Source of the DNA: an uncultured bacterium
Lineage (GTDB): Bacteria; Muiribacteriota; Ozemobacteria; Ozemobacterales; Ozemobacteraceae
NCBI GenBank assembly: GCA_964580875.1
Contig: CAZOMG010000017.1
Coordinates: 1-64,000 of the forward strand
Reading direction: 5' to 3'
Length of the DNA stretch: 64,000 nucleotides
Below, in pieces: positions 26,709 to 34,936 of this stretch. The notes beneath the pieces are model-generated. The model worked only from the letters and a program-made list of their open reading frames with translations, ran no database searches and had not been told where the DNA came from. Every line of letters begins with the position of its first letter. Position 1 is the stretch's first letter. The translations under genes and the position numbers were made by a program.

Positions 26709-27566
26709 ATGAATGAAACTGGGCCTGGAGCAGGTCAGAAGAAGCTTGAAACCCTTGGTGCGCTTATTTCAGGCATTACGCATGAAATCAACACGCCGAT
26801 GCATTATCTCGAAAATAATCTGACCTTTCTGAAAGCCGCTTTTAAAGACCTGGTCGAACTGTCGTTGAGTTATCAGCAGTTGCTTGCCAGAGTCAGAAAG
26901 GGCGAGATGCCGAGTGACCATGACTGGCGTTGCCTCGACGCGAGAGAGGCCGAAGCCGAACCCGGGTATCTCACAACCGAGATCCAGCAGGCTCTGCAGC
27001 AGTCTCATGAGGGCATAGATATGGTTTCCCGGCTTGTTCTGGCCTTAAAAGATTTCTCGCACCCATCGATGCATGAATTTTCAATGACCGATGTTAATAA
27101 ATGTGTCGATACGGTCTGCACCATCTCGCGCCATGAATGGAAGCGGGTTGCCGAGTTTACTACCGACCTGGCCCGCGACCTTCCATATCTGTATGCCTCG
27201 CATGATGAGCTGCATCAGGTGCTATTGAATCTGGTGGTGAATGCCGCGCATGCGATCGGCGAAAAGATTGCCGCCAAAGCCTACAGCCGGGGCAACATCA
27301 GCATTCGCACCAGGTTTGTCAATGACCAGATTGAGATCGTGGTTGCTGACGACGGCCCCGGTATTGCCGCCGAAAACCTGCCGAAAATTTTTGAACCAAG
27401 TTTTACCACCAAAGAGGCCGGTAAAGGCACAGGTTTTGGTCTCAGTCTGGTGCGGCGTATTGTTGAAGACGCGCATGGTGGCAAGGTCAGCGTTGAGTCA
27501 GATGCCACCTCGGGCACGGTTTTTACTATTATTCTTCCGCATCGTTGTAACGAAAATAATCTCTGA
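26709..27566 (+). CDS. cytoplasmic sensor histidine kinase (HisKA + HATPase_c, no TM)
   Basis: H-box 'ISGITHEINTPMHYL', with N-box, G1 'DDGPGI' and G2 'GKGTGFGLS'. There are no hydrophobic segments. I preferred the ATG at 26709 over the TTG at 26679. Confidence 0.75.
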   Translation: MNETGPGAGQKKLETLGALISGITHEINTPMHYLENNLTFLKAAFKDLVELSLSYQQLLARVRKGEMPSDHDWRCLDAREAEAEPGYLTTEIQQALQQSHEGIDMVSRLVLALKDFSHPSMHEFSMTDVNKCVDTVCTISRHEWKRVAEFTTDLARDLPYLYASHDELHQVLLNLVVNAAHAIGEKIAAKAYSRGNISIRTRFVNDQIEIVVADDGPGIAAENLPKIFEPSFTTKEAGKGTGFGLSLVRRIVEDAHGGKVSVESDATSGTVFTIILPHRCNENNL

Positions 27567-27583
27567 ATGGCCAGGAGAGCCTC

Positions 27584-28813
27584 ATGACTAAATTCAGCCT
27601 GTTGTTCGCAGACCCTGATAAAAACGTGCATGATGGGCATCGTCGCATGATCAAGGCCCTTAAGCCTGACTGGTCGCTGATGTTTGCTGTTACCGCCCGC
27701 GAGGCCATGTCAAAGATAGTTATTCTGCGGCCGGCCGTAATTATTTCCGAACTGAACATGGAACTTGAAGACGGCTCTGATCTGCTGCAGACGGTGCAAA
27801 AGGCCTACCCCGAGGTTATTCGTATCGTTTTGTCGAGTGAGCCAGACGGCGAATCTGAGGTGGTGCTGCGGGCAACCCAGTCGGCGCACCGTTTTCTGGC
27901 AAAGCCCTGCAAAGGTGAAGTTCTGGTCGGCCAGATCGAACGGGCCGGCAGCCTGCGCCGTCTTCTCAATAGTAGAGAATTGATCACCATTATCGGCGGT
28001 ATCCCTTATTTGCCGAGTTTGCCGGCTATTTATCATGAACTGGTGGCGGCCATAGCTTCGCCCCTGACACCGCTGAGCGAGATCGGCGATATCATCGCCC
28101 GCGATGTGTCGATGACCGGCCGGGTGCTGCATCTGGTTAATTCGGCTTTCTTCGGCCTGCCTCGCAAGGTTTCAAACCCACAGACCGCAGTGGTAATGCT
28201 GGGTATCAATGTCATTAAATCACTGGTCTGTTATGTAAAACTATTTTTTGCCGCACCCGATGTGATTCTGCCGGGCCTTTCTCTCGACCAGATGTGGTCG
28301 CACAGTTCGCAGGTTGCCCGCCTGAGCAAAGAGATCGCCGCAAGTTGCAATGCCTCGGCGGCCGTTCAAGAAGAGGCTTTTCTTGCCGGCATGCTTCACG
28401 ACGTCGGCAAACTCCTGCTTCTCGATCATCCGGCTTATTATCACAAAGTGATGAAGCCCCTGGCCGGCGTCAGTGAAAAAACCTTTTCTGACGCCGAATA
28501 TAGAACGTTCGGCACTTCACATGCCGAAATTGGCGCTTATCTTCTTGGTTTGTGGGGTTTATCAGATCAGGTTGTCGAGGCGGTCGCCTGCCACCACCGC
28601 CCGGCCCAGCTGCAATTCGAAAGTTCGGTTGTGCTGAGGGCGACGCATCTTGCCAACGCCTTGTTGTGCATGGCGGCCGACGAGGCCTTTTCCATTGACC
28701 CGGCAATTATGGCTGATGCCACCGTGAAGAAATTTTTTGACAGCTGGCAGAAACGTGCCGCACACATCTACAGGGAAAGCTCTAATGAAACCAAAAATAC
28801 TGCTGGTCGATGA
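27584..28813 (+). CDS. pseudo-receiver (REC-like, Glu at the phospho-acceptor position) fused to an HDOD domain
   Basis: The N-terminal ~120 aa have REC topology ('LLFADPD…', conserved Lys 'LAKP'). The position of the phosphorylatable Asp reads 'VIISELNMELEDG', with Glu in place of Asp. The C-terminal domain '…GMLHDVGKLLLL…' is HDOD-like. Confidence 0.7.
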   Translation: MTKFSLLFADPDKNVHDGHRRMIKALKPDWSLMFAVTAREAMSKIVILRPAVIISELNMELEDGSDLLQTVQKAYPEVIRIVLSSEPDGESEVVLRATQSAHRFLAKPCKGEVLVGQIERAGSLRRLLNSRELITIIGGIPYLPSLPAIYHELVAAIASPLTPLSEIGDIIARDVSMTGRVLHLVNSAFFGLPRKVSNPQTAVVMLGINVIKSLVCYVKLFFAAPDVILPGLSLDQMWSHSSQVARLSKEIAASCNASAAVQEEAFLAGMLHDVGKLLLLDHPAYYHKVMKPLAGVSEKTFSDAEYRTFGTSHAEIGAYLLGLWGLSDQVVEAVACHHRPAQLQFESSVVLRATHLANALLCMAADEAFSIDPAIMADATVKKFFDSWQKRAAHIYRESSNETKNTAGR

Positions 28814-29933
28814 CGAACCGAATATAATTCATTCATACAGTCGCGGACTTCGCAAAGACTGGGATCTGGTGACCGCCATGAGCGGCGAAGAGGGTCTGCG
28901 TGCCATTCAGGAACAGGGGCCATTTTCGGTGATCGTCTCAGATTTTAACATGCCGCGCATGGATGGCATTACTTTTCTCTCCAAAACCATCGAGATATCA
29001 CCCGAGACTGTTCGCATGGTGCTGACCGGCGAAGGCGACTTCCATATCGCTACCAAGGCTGTTAATGAAGGCAATATCTTTCGTTTTATCACCAAACCTT
29101 GCCCGCTAGAACAGCTGGTTAAGGCCTTGCAGAAGGGTTATCATCAGTATCGCCTTCAGCAGCTCGAAAAAGAGGCGCACCGCCAGGAACTGGTCATCGC
29201 CGGCGAGATTCAGAAAACCCTGCTGGTTGAGGGGGTGCCGGTCGGTTTTAGTGAACTCGATATTGCTGCCGTAACCGTGCCGTCGAGAGATGTAGATGGC
29301 GATTTCATCGATTTTTTCAGGTTTAACGACCGGCGTCTTGATGTGGTGATCGGTGATGTCATGGGCAAAGGTTTGCATGCGGCCATGGTCGGTGCCGGGG
29401 CAAGAAACCAGCTGGCACGGGTGCTCTGGCAGCTTTCATTAAAGAACGTGCCCCAGGCTCTCGAACCCGATTCAATAATGGAAACCTTTAAACAGGCAAT
29501 GGCGGCAGGGTTAGACCAGGTTCAGATTTTTATAACCATGATGTACGCGAGATTTGATGTGGCGGCCCATAAGTTGACCTTCGTTGATGCCGGGCACACG
29601 CCGATTCTCTGGTATTCGGCTGCCAACCGAGCTTGGCGTGAAGTCAAGGGCAGCGGCGGGCCGGTCGGGCTGCCGTTCAAAAACCCTTTCGAACAGAAAG
29701 AAGTCGCCTACGGCAGCGGAGATCTTTTTCTGTTCTATTCTGATGGTCTCTGGGACGGCAGAAACACTGAAAAACAGGCATACGGCAGCGCGGCGTTGCG
29801 TGCCTGTGCTGAACGTCTTGTCGGTTGCCCGGCTGCTGAATTTGTGGCGGCTATGCTCGAAGATTACCGCCGTTTCGTTGTTCCAGGCCCGTTTTTTGAT
29901 GATCTCACCATGGTTCTGGTGCGGGCGCTCTGA
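28785..29933 (+). CDS. response regulator with canonical REC domain fused to a PP2C/SpoIIE-type serine phosphatase
   Basis: The REC domain reads 'KILLVDDEPNII…VIVSDFNMPRMDGITFL…FITKP'. The C-terminal SpoIIE/PP2C domain includes 'DVDGDFIDFF…VIGDVMGKGLHAAM…LFLFYSDGL'. I set the start at the ATG at 28785 (RBS GGGAAAG). The 5' end overlaps the upstream gene by 29 nt. Confidence 0.75.
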   Translation: MKPKILLVDDEPNIIHSYSRGLRKDWDLVTAMSGEEGLRAIQEQGPFSVIVSDFNMPRMDGITFLSKTIEISPETVRMVLTGEGDFHIATKAVNEGNIFRFITKPCPLEQLVKALQKGYHQYRLQQLEKEAHRQELVIAGEIQKTLLVEGVPVGFSELDIAAVTVPSRDVDGDFIDFFRFNDRRLDVVIGDVMGKGLHAAMVGAGARNQLARVLWQLSLKNVPQALEPDSIMETFKQAMAAGLDQVQIFITMMYARFDVAAHKLTFVDAGHTPILWYSAANRAWREVKGSGGPVGLPFKNPFEQKEVAYGSGDLFLFYSDGLWDGRNTEKQAYGSAALRACAERLVGCPAAEFVAAMLEDYRRFVVPGPFFDDLTMVLVRAL

Positions 29934-29950
29934 GCTGAGGGCAACCACCC

Positions 29951-31540
29951 TCAAGGGTAATCGATGGTGAAGCCGGGGCTGGCCTGCGACAAATCACTCG
30001 GGCTGACGAAATCAGTCTTGATTTTGCCATCGCCATTACCGGGCATCAGGTTTGCAAGCCATCCGCCAACGATCGGCCACTTTTTGACTTCCTCACGCTT
30101 GTTGACGCCCCAGTCGACGATTTTAAGAACAGTCTGAACACCTTCGGGCAGGTTCACAACGTTGTTCTTGTCGAGGCCGGTGAGCAGTTCGCCAAAAGTG
30201 CCGAGATTCTTGTAAATCGGCAAAAACAGTTTTGTTGCGACGATAAACAGACTTTTGCGACTGGCGCCGGTTTCTTTGCCCAATTTGTCGATGTCTTTCA
30301 GCAGAGACAGGCCAATTGCCGCCTTGCTCTTGAGTTCGCGCAGCTTGCCGATGCCCCAGCCGGCATTGAACTTTCCGGCTTTTTTGTCGGCTTCATAAGA
30401 CTGATTGGCAGCGGCAAAACTTTTGAAAGCTTCATTGCTTTTGATTTTGTTGAAAACCTTGTTGAGCCGGTCACGGCCTTCCTGGCCGGGGAAAGCGTCA
30501 TCAAGCACCTTACAGCCGGGTGCTACTTCATTAATGATAAAACTCTGAAGTTTGTTAAGATCGGGGCTGTGTGAATAATCGATCCCGAAATTCATAATTT
30601 TGTCGGCCAGCACGTATTTATCCTTGGGCTCAAGGCCATCAATAGCCGCGTGCAGGGCAATAATCGTTTTATCGCGGTTCGCATTTTTGCTGGCGATTTC
30701 GGTGCCGGCACTGCGATAGGCCTTGCTTACCAGTTCGCTGCAATAAAAAGCGTTGTTGCCATCGCCATCAGAAAACGAGTAGTCATAAGGCTTGCCAAGT
30801 TGTGCTATGGCGTAACCAACTGCTTTTTCGATGGCCTCACCAGCCTTGTCGGCCGGTTGCCCCCATGTGGGCCGTACCAGGCGGTACGCCGCCCAGTTGC
30901 CGAATTCTTCATACCAGGTGCTCATGCGCACCTTGTCACTGGTCGTGTCAAATTTATTGCCGGTAATGCCGACCGCCTCGATGATAACGGGGGGAACAGC
31001 ATCAACGACCAGAGTCGCATGGTAATAAGGACCCTTGGTCATCAGGCAGATAAAGTTTTCATCAATGTCTTTTTGCTTTTGAGGCCCCGTAAGATAGACA
31101 TCGCCACGCCTTGACGAAGTGACGACCTTAACCATCTTTTCGTCGTTGCAGTATCTTTTGGCCCAGTCAAGCATGCGAACCGGGTTGCCAAAATCGCGTG
31201 AATAGTTGCCCTGCCCATAGGGAAAAAAGCTCTGACAAAGTTCTTTGGCTTTGCTTAACCCGCCATCTTTGCCCGTAAACGGCTCTTTGCCGTTGAGGCA
31301 TTGCTTCAATATCGGGTAGTAATAAGGCAACAGTTGCATTTCAAGAAACTTTTGCTCTTCTTCGGTAAGGTCAAGGGCGGCACTGGCGTTGATCGAAGTG
31401 AAATCGCCGCTTTTACCGGCCGAAATGACCACAGTTTTGACCGAGAAGGGGTTTGCCTGGGCCAGAAGTGGCTGGCATGAGCCGCCCGCCGCGAGCAAAA
31501 ATAACATCGAAGCCAGTGAGACTTTAACTTTTTTGAGCAT
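29951..31540 (-). CDS. secreted protein with a possible permuted-papain (YiiX/NlpC-P60 superfamily-like) cysteine peptidase/amidase core
   Basis: Signal peptide 'MLKKVKVSLASMLFLLAAGGSCQPLLAQA'. The motif 'GKPYDYSFSDGDGNNAFYCSELVSKAY' resembles the catalytic Cys region of YiiX/YaeF-type enzymes. The C-terminal ~200 aa are Lys-rich. Confidence 0.45.
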   Translation of the reverse strand: MLKKVKVSLASMLFLLAAGGSCQPLLAQANPFSVKTVVISAGKSGDFTSINASAALDLTEEEQKFLEMQLLPYYYPILKQCLNGKEPFTGKDGGLSKAKELCQSFFPYGQGNYSRDFGNPVRMLDWAKRYCNDEKMVKVVTSSRRGDVYLTGPQKQKDIDENFICLMTKGPYYHATLVVDAVPPVIIEAVGITGNKFDTTSDKVRMSTWYEEFGNWAAYRLVRPTWGQPADKAGEAIEKAVGYAIAQLGKPYDYSFSDGDGNNAFYCSELVSKAYRSAGTEIASKNANRDKTIIALHAAIDGLEPKDKYVLADKIMNFGIDYSHSPDLNKLQSFIINEVAPGCKVLDDAFPGQEGRDRLNKVFNKIKSNEAFKSFAAANQSYEADKKAGKFNAGWGIGKLRELKSKAAIGLSLLKDIDKLGKETGASRKSLFIVATKLFLPIYKNLGTFGELLTGLDKNNVVNLPEGVQTVLKIVDWGVNKREEVKKWPIVGGWLANLMPGNGDGKIKTDFVSPSDLSQASPGFTIDYP

Positions 31541-31757
31541 ATTTTATTACCCCACCGAAAATTGATTGTACAAGTATACTCTAAAAAGGCGAAAAAGTTT
31601 ACAGCCACCCGCCAATTCCAGCCCAATTTCTAATGCCTGATAAAACCATTCCCGCCCGTTAAAAGACAAATTGAGTGATGATATATAATTACGGCACTTC
31701 CTGTCATTGGCAAATTGGTGTATAAATTACTGTCGAATCAAATTTCGGGAGCTATCT

Positions 31758-32915
31758 ATGAACCTTGTTTATCTTTCTCCACATTATCCTTCTCATTATT
31801 CACAGTTCGTCGAAGCGTTGGCCCGCCATGGAGTCAGGGTTTTCGGTATTTCTGACCTGCCTGACGAAGCACTTGACCCGAGGGTAAGACAGGCTCTCAG
31901 CGGCCATTACAAGGTTGAACGTCTCGAAAATCATCAGCAGGTAATTGATGCCGCCGGTTTTTTTCATGAAAAAGTCGGCGAAATCGACCGTGTTGAGTCG
32001 CATCTTGAACCCTGGATCGAACTTGAAGCCATGGTCAGGGATGCCTTTAATGTAACTGGCCCAAAACCAGAACAACTGCAGTTTATCAAACGCAAATCCC
32101 TGATGAAGGAAGTTTTCAAAAAAGCCGGCGTTCCGGCGGCTCGCGGTATTGTAATAAAAGACATGCAGCAGTGCCTCGACTTTATTAATGACCATTACCC
32201 GGTGTTCATCAAACCAGACATCGGCGTCGGCGCCGCTGATACCTACACTATTCGCAGCGAAGACGATCTTAAAAAGTTTTTCGCCGGCAAGCAGGATTAC
32301 GATTATTTCATGGAAGAATTTGTCGATGGCGATCTGCAGTCGTTTGACGGCCTCACCGACAAAGACAACAACATCGTTTTCTGCACCTCACATGTTTTCA
32401 GCAACGACATTCACAAGGTCGTCAAGAATAACGAGAACGTCTGGTATTATTCGCAGATCGATATTCCGGCAGAAATCGAAAAATACGGGCGCGCGGTCGT
32501 TAAGGCCGCCGATGTGCGTGAAAAATTCTTTCATATTGAATTCTTTAAACTGAAAAACGGCAAGTATCAGGTGCTCGAAATCAATATGCGCCCCCCCGGA
32601 GGCCTGACCACCCACATGTTCAATTTCGCCTGCGATATCGATGTTTATGACTGGTGGGCATCGATTATGGCTGGCCACAACCCGAAACGCCCATTCAGCC
32701 GGCGTTACCATTGCGCTTTCATCGGTCGAAAACATGATCGTTCCTACAAATACTCTCATGATCAGCTTTACGCGAAGTGGGGCGAACGTATTGTGCACAG
32801 TCAGCCAATGGCACCGATTGAATATGATGTAATGGGCCATTGGGGGTATCTTGCACGTTCTGCCAATCTCGATGAACTCAAAAAGATCATCCGCGACCTG
32901 ACCTGGGAGGACTAA
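31758..32915 (+). CDS. ATP-grasp family ligase (function unknown)
   Basis: The ATG at 31758 has RBS GGGAG. An N-terminal pre-ATP-grasp region is followed by a central nucleotide-binding region ('…YPVFIKPDIGVGAADTYTI…') and a C-terminal 'QVLEINMRPPGG' run, where E and N ligate Mg2+ in ATP-grasp enzymes. It overlaps the next gene by TAATG. Confidence 0.7.
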   Translation: MNLVYLSPHYPSHYSQFVEALARHGVRVFGISDLPDEALDPRVRQALSGHYKVERLENHQQVIDAAGFFHEKVGEIDRVESHLEPWIELEAMVRDAFNVTGPKPEQLQFIKRKSLMKEVFKKAGVPAARGIVIKDMQQCLDFINDHYPVFIKPDIGVGAADTYTIRSEDDLKKFFAGKQDYDYFMEEFVDGDLQSFDGLTDKDNNIVFCTSHVFSNDIHKVVKNNENVWYYSQIDIPAEIEKYGRAVVKAADVREKFFHIEFFKLKNGKYQVLEINMRPPGGLTTHMFNFACDIDVYDWWASIMAGHNPKRPFSRRYHCAFIGRKHDRSYKYSHDQLYAKWGERIVHSQPMAPIEYDVMGHWGYLARSANLDELKKIIRDLTWED

Positions 32916-33721
32916 TGAACAGGGAATACCGGACAACCCCGAGCAAAGTGCTCGGCCGTCAGATGGAAATGCTTGTCTATGGCACCTCGGGTAAGCCGAT
33001 GGTTGTTTTTCCATCACAGGAGGGGCGGTTTTTTGACTATGAAAACTTTGGCATGATTGATGTGCTGGCGCCCTATATTCAAGCCGGCAAGCTTCATGTT
33101 TACTGCATCGACAGCATCGATCACGAAAGCTGGTTCGCCCGGGTCAACCCGGTCGAGCGGGTGCAGCGTGCCAACGATTATGACCAGGCGGTTAAAGAAG
33201 ATGTAGTCGCGCTGATTCAGCGTGATGGCCATGAAGGCGCCGGTATCATCGCGCATGGTTGTAGTTTTGGCGCTTTTCATGCCGCCAATTTTGCGTTGCG
33301 ACACCCCGACGCCTTCGACAGCTGTATTGCCCTGAGCGGTTGTTACAACATCGAATTCGCGATGCAGGGCTTTTACAGCAACGAAATGCATTTGCACAAT
33401 CCGATGCGTTACAGTGCCGACCTCAAGGGCAAGGCGATCATCGGGCAGCTTAAAGAGAATCTGCTGATCGTTTGCAGCGGTCAGGGCGCCTGGGAAGAGT
33501 GGACAGGCGAAGCCATTCAGATGTGCAACAATCTCAGCGGTGCCGGCGTGCCGGTTATGCTCGACCTGTGGGGTTACGACGTCAACCATGACTGGCCCTG
33601 GTGGAAAAAAATGATAACGTATTATCTCGATAAATTCGACCGCTCGGGCTTTCTTTCCGCGAAGCATCGCATGAATGCCGGGCAAAGTGCCGGCTTCCTT
33701 CATAATTTCCATTCAATCTGA
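32915..33721 (+). CDS. alpha/beta-hydrolase of the 'putative esterase' family (esterase D / enterochelin esterase / Ag85-like)
   Basis: The nucleophile elbow 'IIAHGCSFGAFHAA' is G-x-S-x-G. The upstream segment 'MEMLVYGTSGKPMVVFPS' and the downstream 'HDWPWW' region are typical of this family. Confidence 0.7.
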   Translation: MNREYRTTPSKVLGRQMEMLVYGTSGKPMVVFPSQEGRFFDYENFGMIDVLAPYIQAGKLHVYCIDSIDHESWFARVNPVERVQRANDYDQAVKEDVVALIQRDGHEGAGIIAHGCSFGAFHAANFALRHPDAFDSCIALSGCYNIEFAMQGFYSNEMHLHNPMRYSADLKGKAIIGQLKENLLIVCSGQGAWEEWTGEAIQMCNNLSGAGVPVMLDLWGYDVNHDWPWWKKMITYYLDKFDRSGFLSAKHRMNAGQSAGFLHNFHSI

Positions 33722-33724
33722 CCC

Positions 33725-34924
33725 ATGACAAACCAGCCGAACCGCAATCCAAATCAGAAGCTGCGGCCTGCCAGCCGGGTATTAAACCTGCCGCCTTATA
33801 TTTTCAGCGAAATTGACGACCGCAAAAACGAGCTGAAAAGGCGCGGAATCGATCTGCTGAATTTTGGCATCGGTGACCCTGACCTGCCTACTCCTGATTT
33901 TGTGGTCGAAGAACTCTGCGAACAGGCACACCAGAACCACAACCAGAAATACCCTTCCTATAATGGCAGTGCCGCCTTTCGCCAGGCGGTCTGCGAGTAT
34001 ATGCAGACTCGCTTCGCTGTCAAACTGAACCCTGAGACCCAGGCATCTTCAGTTATTGGCACCAAGGAAGGCCTGGCGCACTTTTCATGGGCTTATCTCG
34101 AAGAAGGCGATCTCGCGCTGATACCCGATCCGAGCTTTCCGGTTTATGCCAATTCGGCCCGTTTCGCCGGTGCTGGTGTCTACCTGATGCCGCTTCTTGA
34201 ACAGAACAATTTCGTGCCCGACGTTACCGTTATACCCGAAGAGGTGGCGGCCCGCAGCAAGGTGATGTTCATCAATTACCCGAATAATCCCACCGGTGCG
34301 GTGGCCACTCGGGGCCAGGTGCAGAAGATCATCGACTGGGCGGTGGCCAGAGACGTGATTGTGGTGGCTGATGCTGCCTATGCCGAGCTGGTTTATGACC
34401 CGGCCGACCGCTTCAGCGCCCTCTGTCTGCCCGGGGCCGAAAAGGTTGTGATCGAGTATCATTCGTTCAGCAAGACTTTTAACATGACTGGCTGGCGACT
34501 GGGGTTTGCGGTCGGGAACCCTTCGCTGGTCGCTGGTCTGGTCAAGCTTAAAACCAATATCGATTCAGGGGTGTTTGACGCGATTCAGCTCGCGGGAATC
34601 AAAGCCCTGCAGCAACTCCCCGCCTGTTCTGACCAGCTGATGCAGATTTACCGGCAACGTCGTGATGCACTGGTTCAGGTTCTTGGCAAGGCAGGGTTCG
34701 ATTGTTTCATGCCGGCCGGTGCTTTTTATCTGATGGTCAGATGCCCGCCAGGTGTCAGTTCGATGCAGTTTACCATCGACCTGATGGAAAAATGCGGCGT
34801 CATTACCACCCCCGGTTCGGGTTTTGGCGCCTGTGGTGAAGGTTATATCAGGTTCGCGCTGACCCGGCCGGTTGAGGTTATCAACCGCCTGGCAGAGCGC
34901 CTGCCGGCTTTACAATACCGCTGA
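33725..34924 (+). CDS. class I (fold-type I) PLP aminotransferase, LL-diaminopimelate/aspartate aminotransferase-like
   Basis: 'NFGIGDPDLPTP' near the N-terminus, 'NYPNNPTG', and the Lys-containing segment 'SFSKTFNMTGWR' as the PLP-binding lysine region. Confidence 0.75.
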   Translation: MTNQPNRNPNQKLRPASRVLNLPPYIFSEIDDRKNELKRRGIDLLNFGIGDPDLPTPDFVVEELCEQAHQNHNQKYPSYNGSAAFRQAVCEYMQTRFAVKLNPETQASSVIGTKEGLAHFSWAYLEEGDLALIPDPSFPVYANSARFAGAGVYLMPLLEQNNFVPDVTVIPEEVAARSKVMFINYPNNPTGAVATRGQVQKIIDWAVARDVIVVADAAYAELVYDPADRFSALCLPGAEKVVIEYHSFSKTFNMTGWRLGFAVGNPSLVAGLVKLKTNIDSGVFDAIQLAGIKALQQLPACSDQLMQIYRQRRDALVQVLGKAGFDCFMPAGAFYLMVRCPPGVSSMQFTIDLMEKCGVITTPGSGFGACGEGYIRFALTRPVEVINRLAERLPALQYR

Positions 34925-34936
34925 AGGGAAATACCA

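Noticed and set aside
26093-26710. 205-aa minus-strand ORF antisense to the second ABC-2 permease
   Set aside because: The Arg/Gln/His-rich low-complexity translation is an antisense artefact of a TM-protein gene.
32388-33712. Two long minus-strand ORFs (209 aa and 232 aa) antisense to the ATP-grasp and esterase genes
   Set aside because: They are embedded in confidently assigned plus-strand genes with family motifs, and the antisense translations show no recognisable domains.
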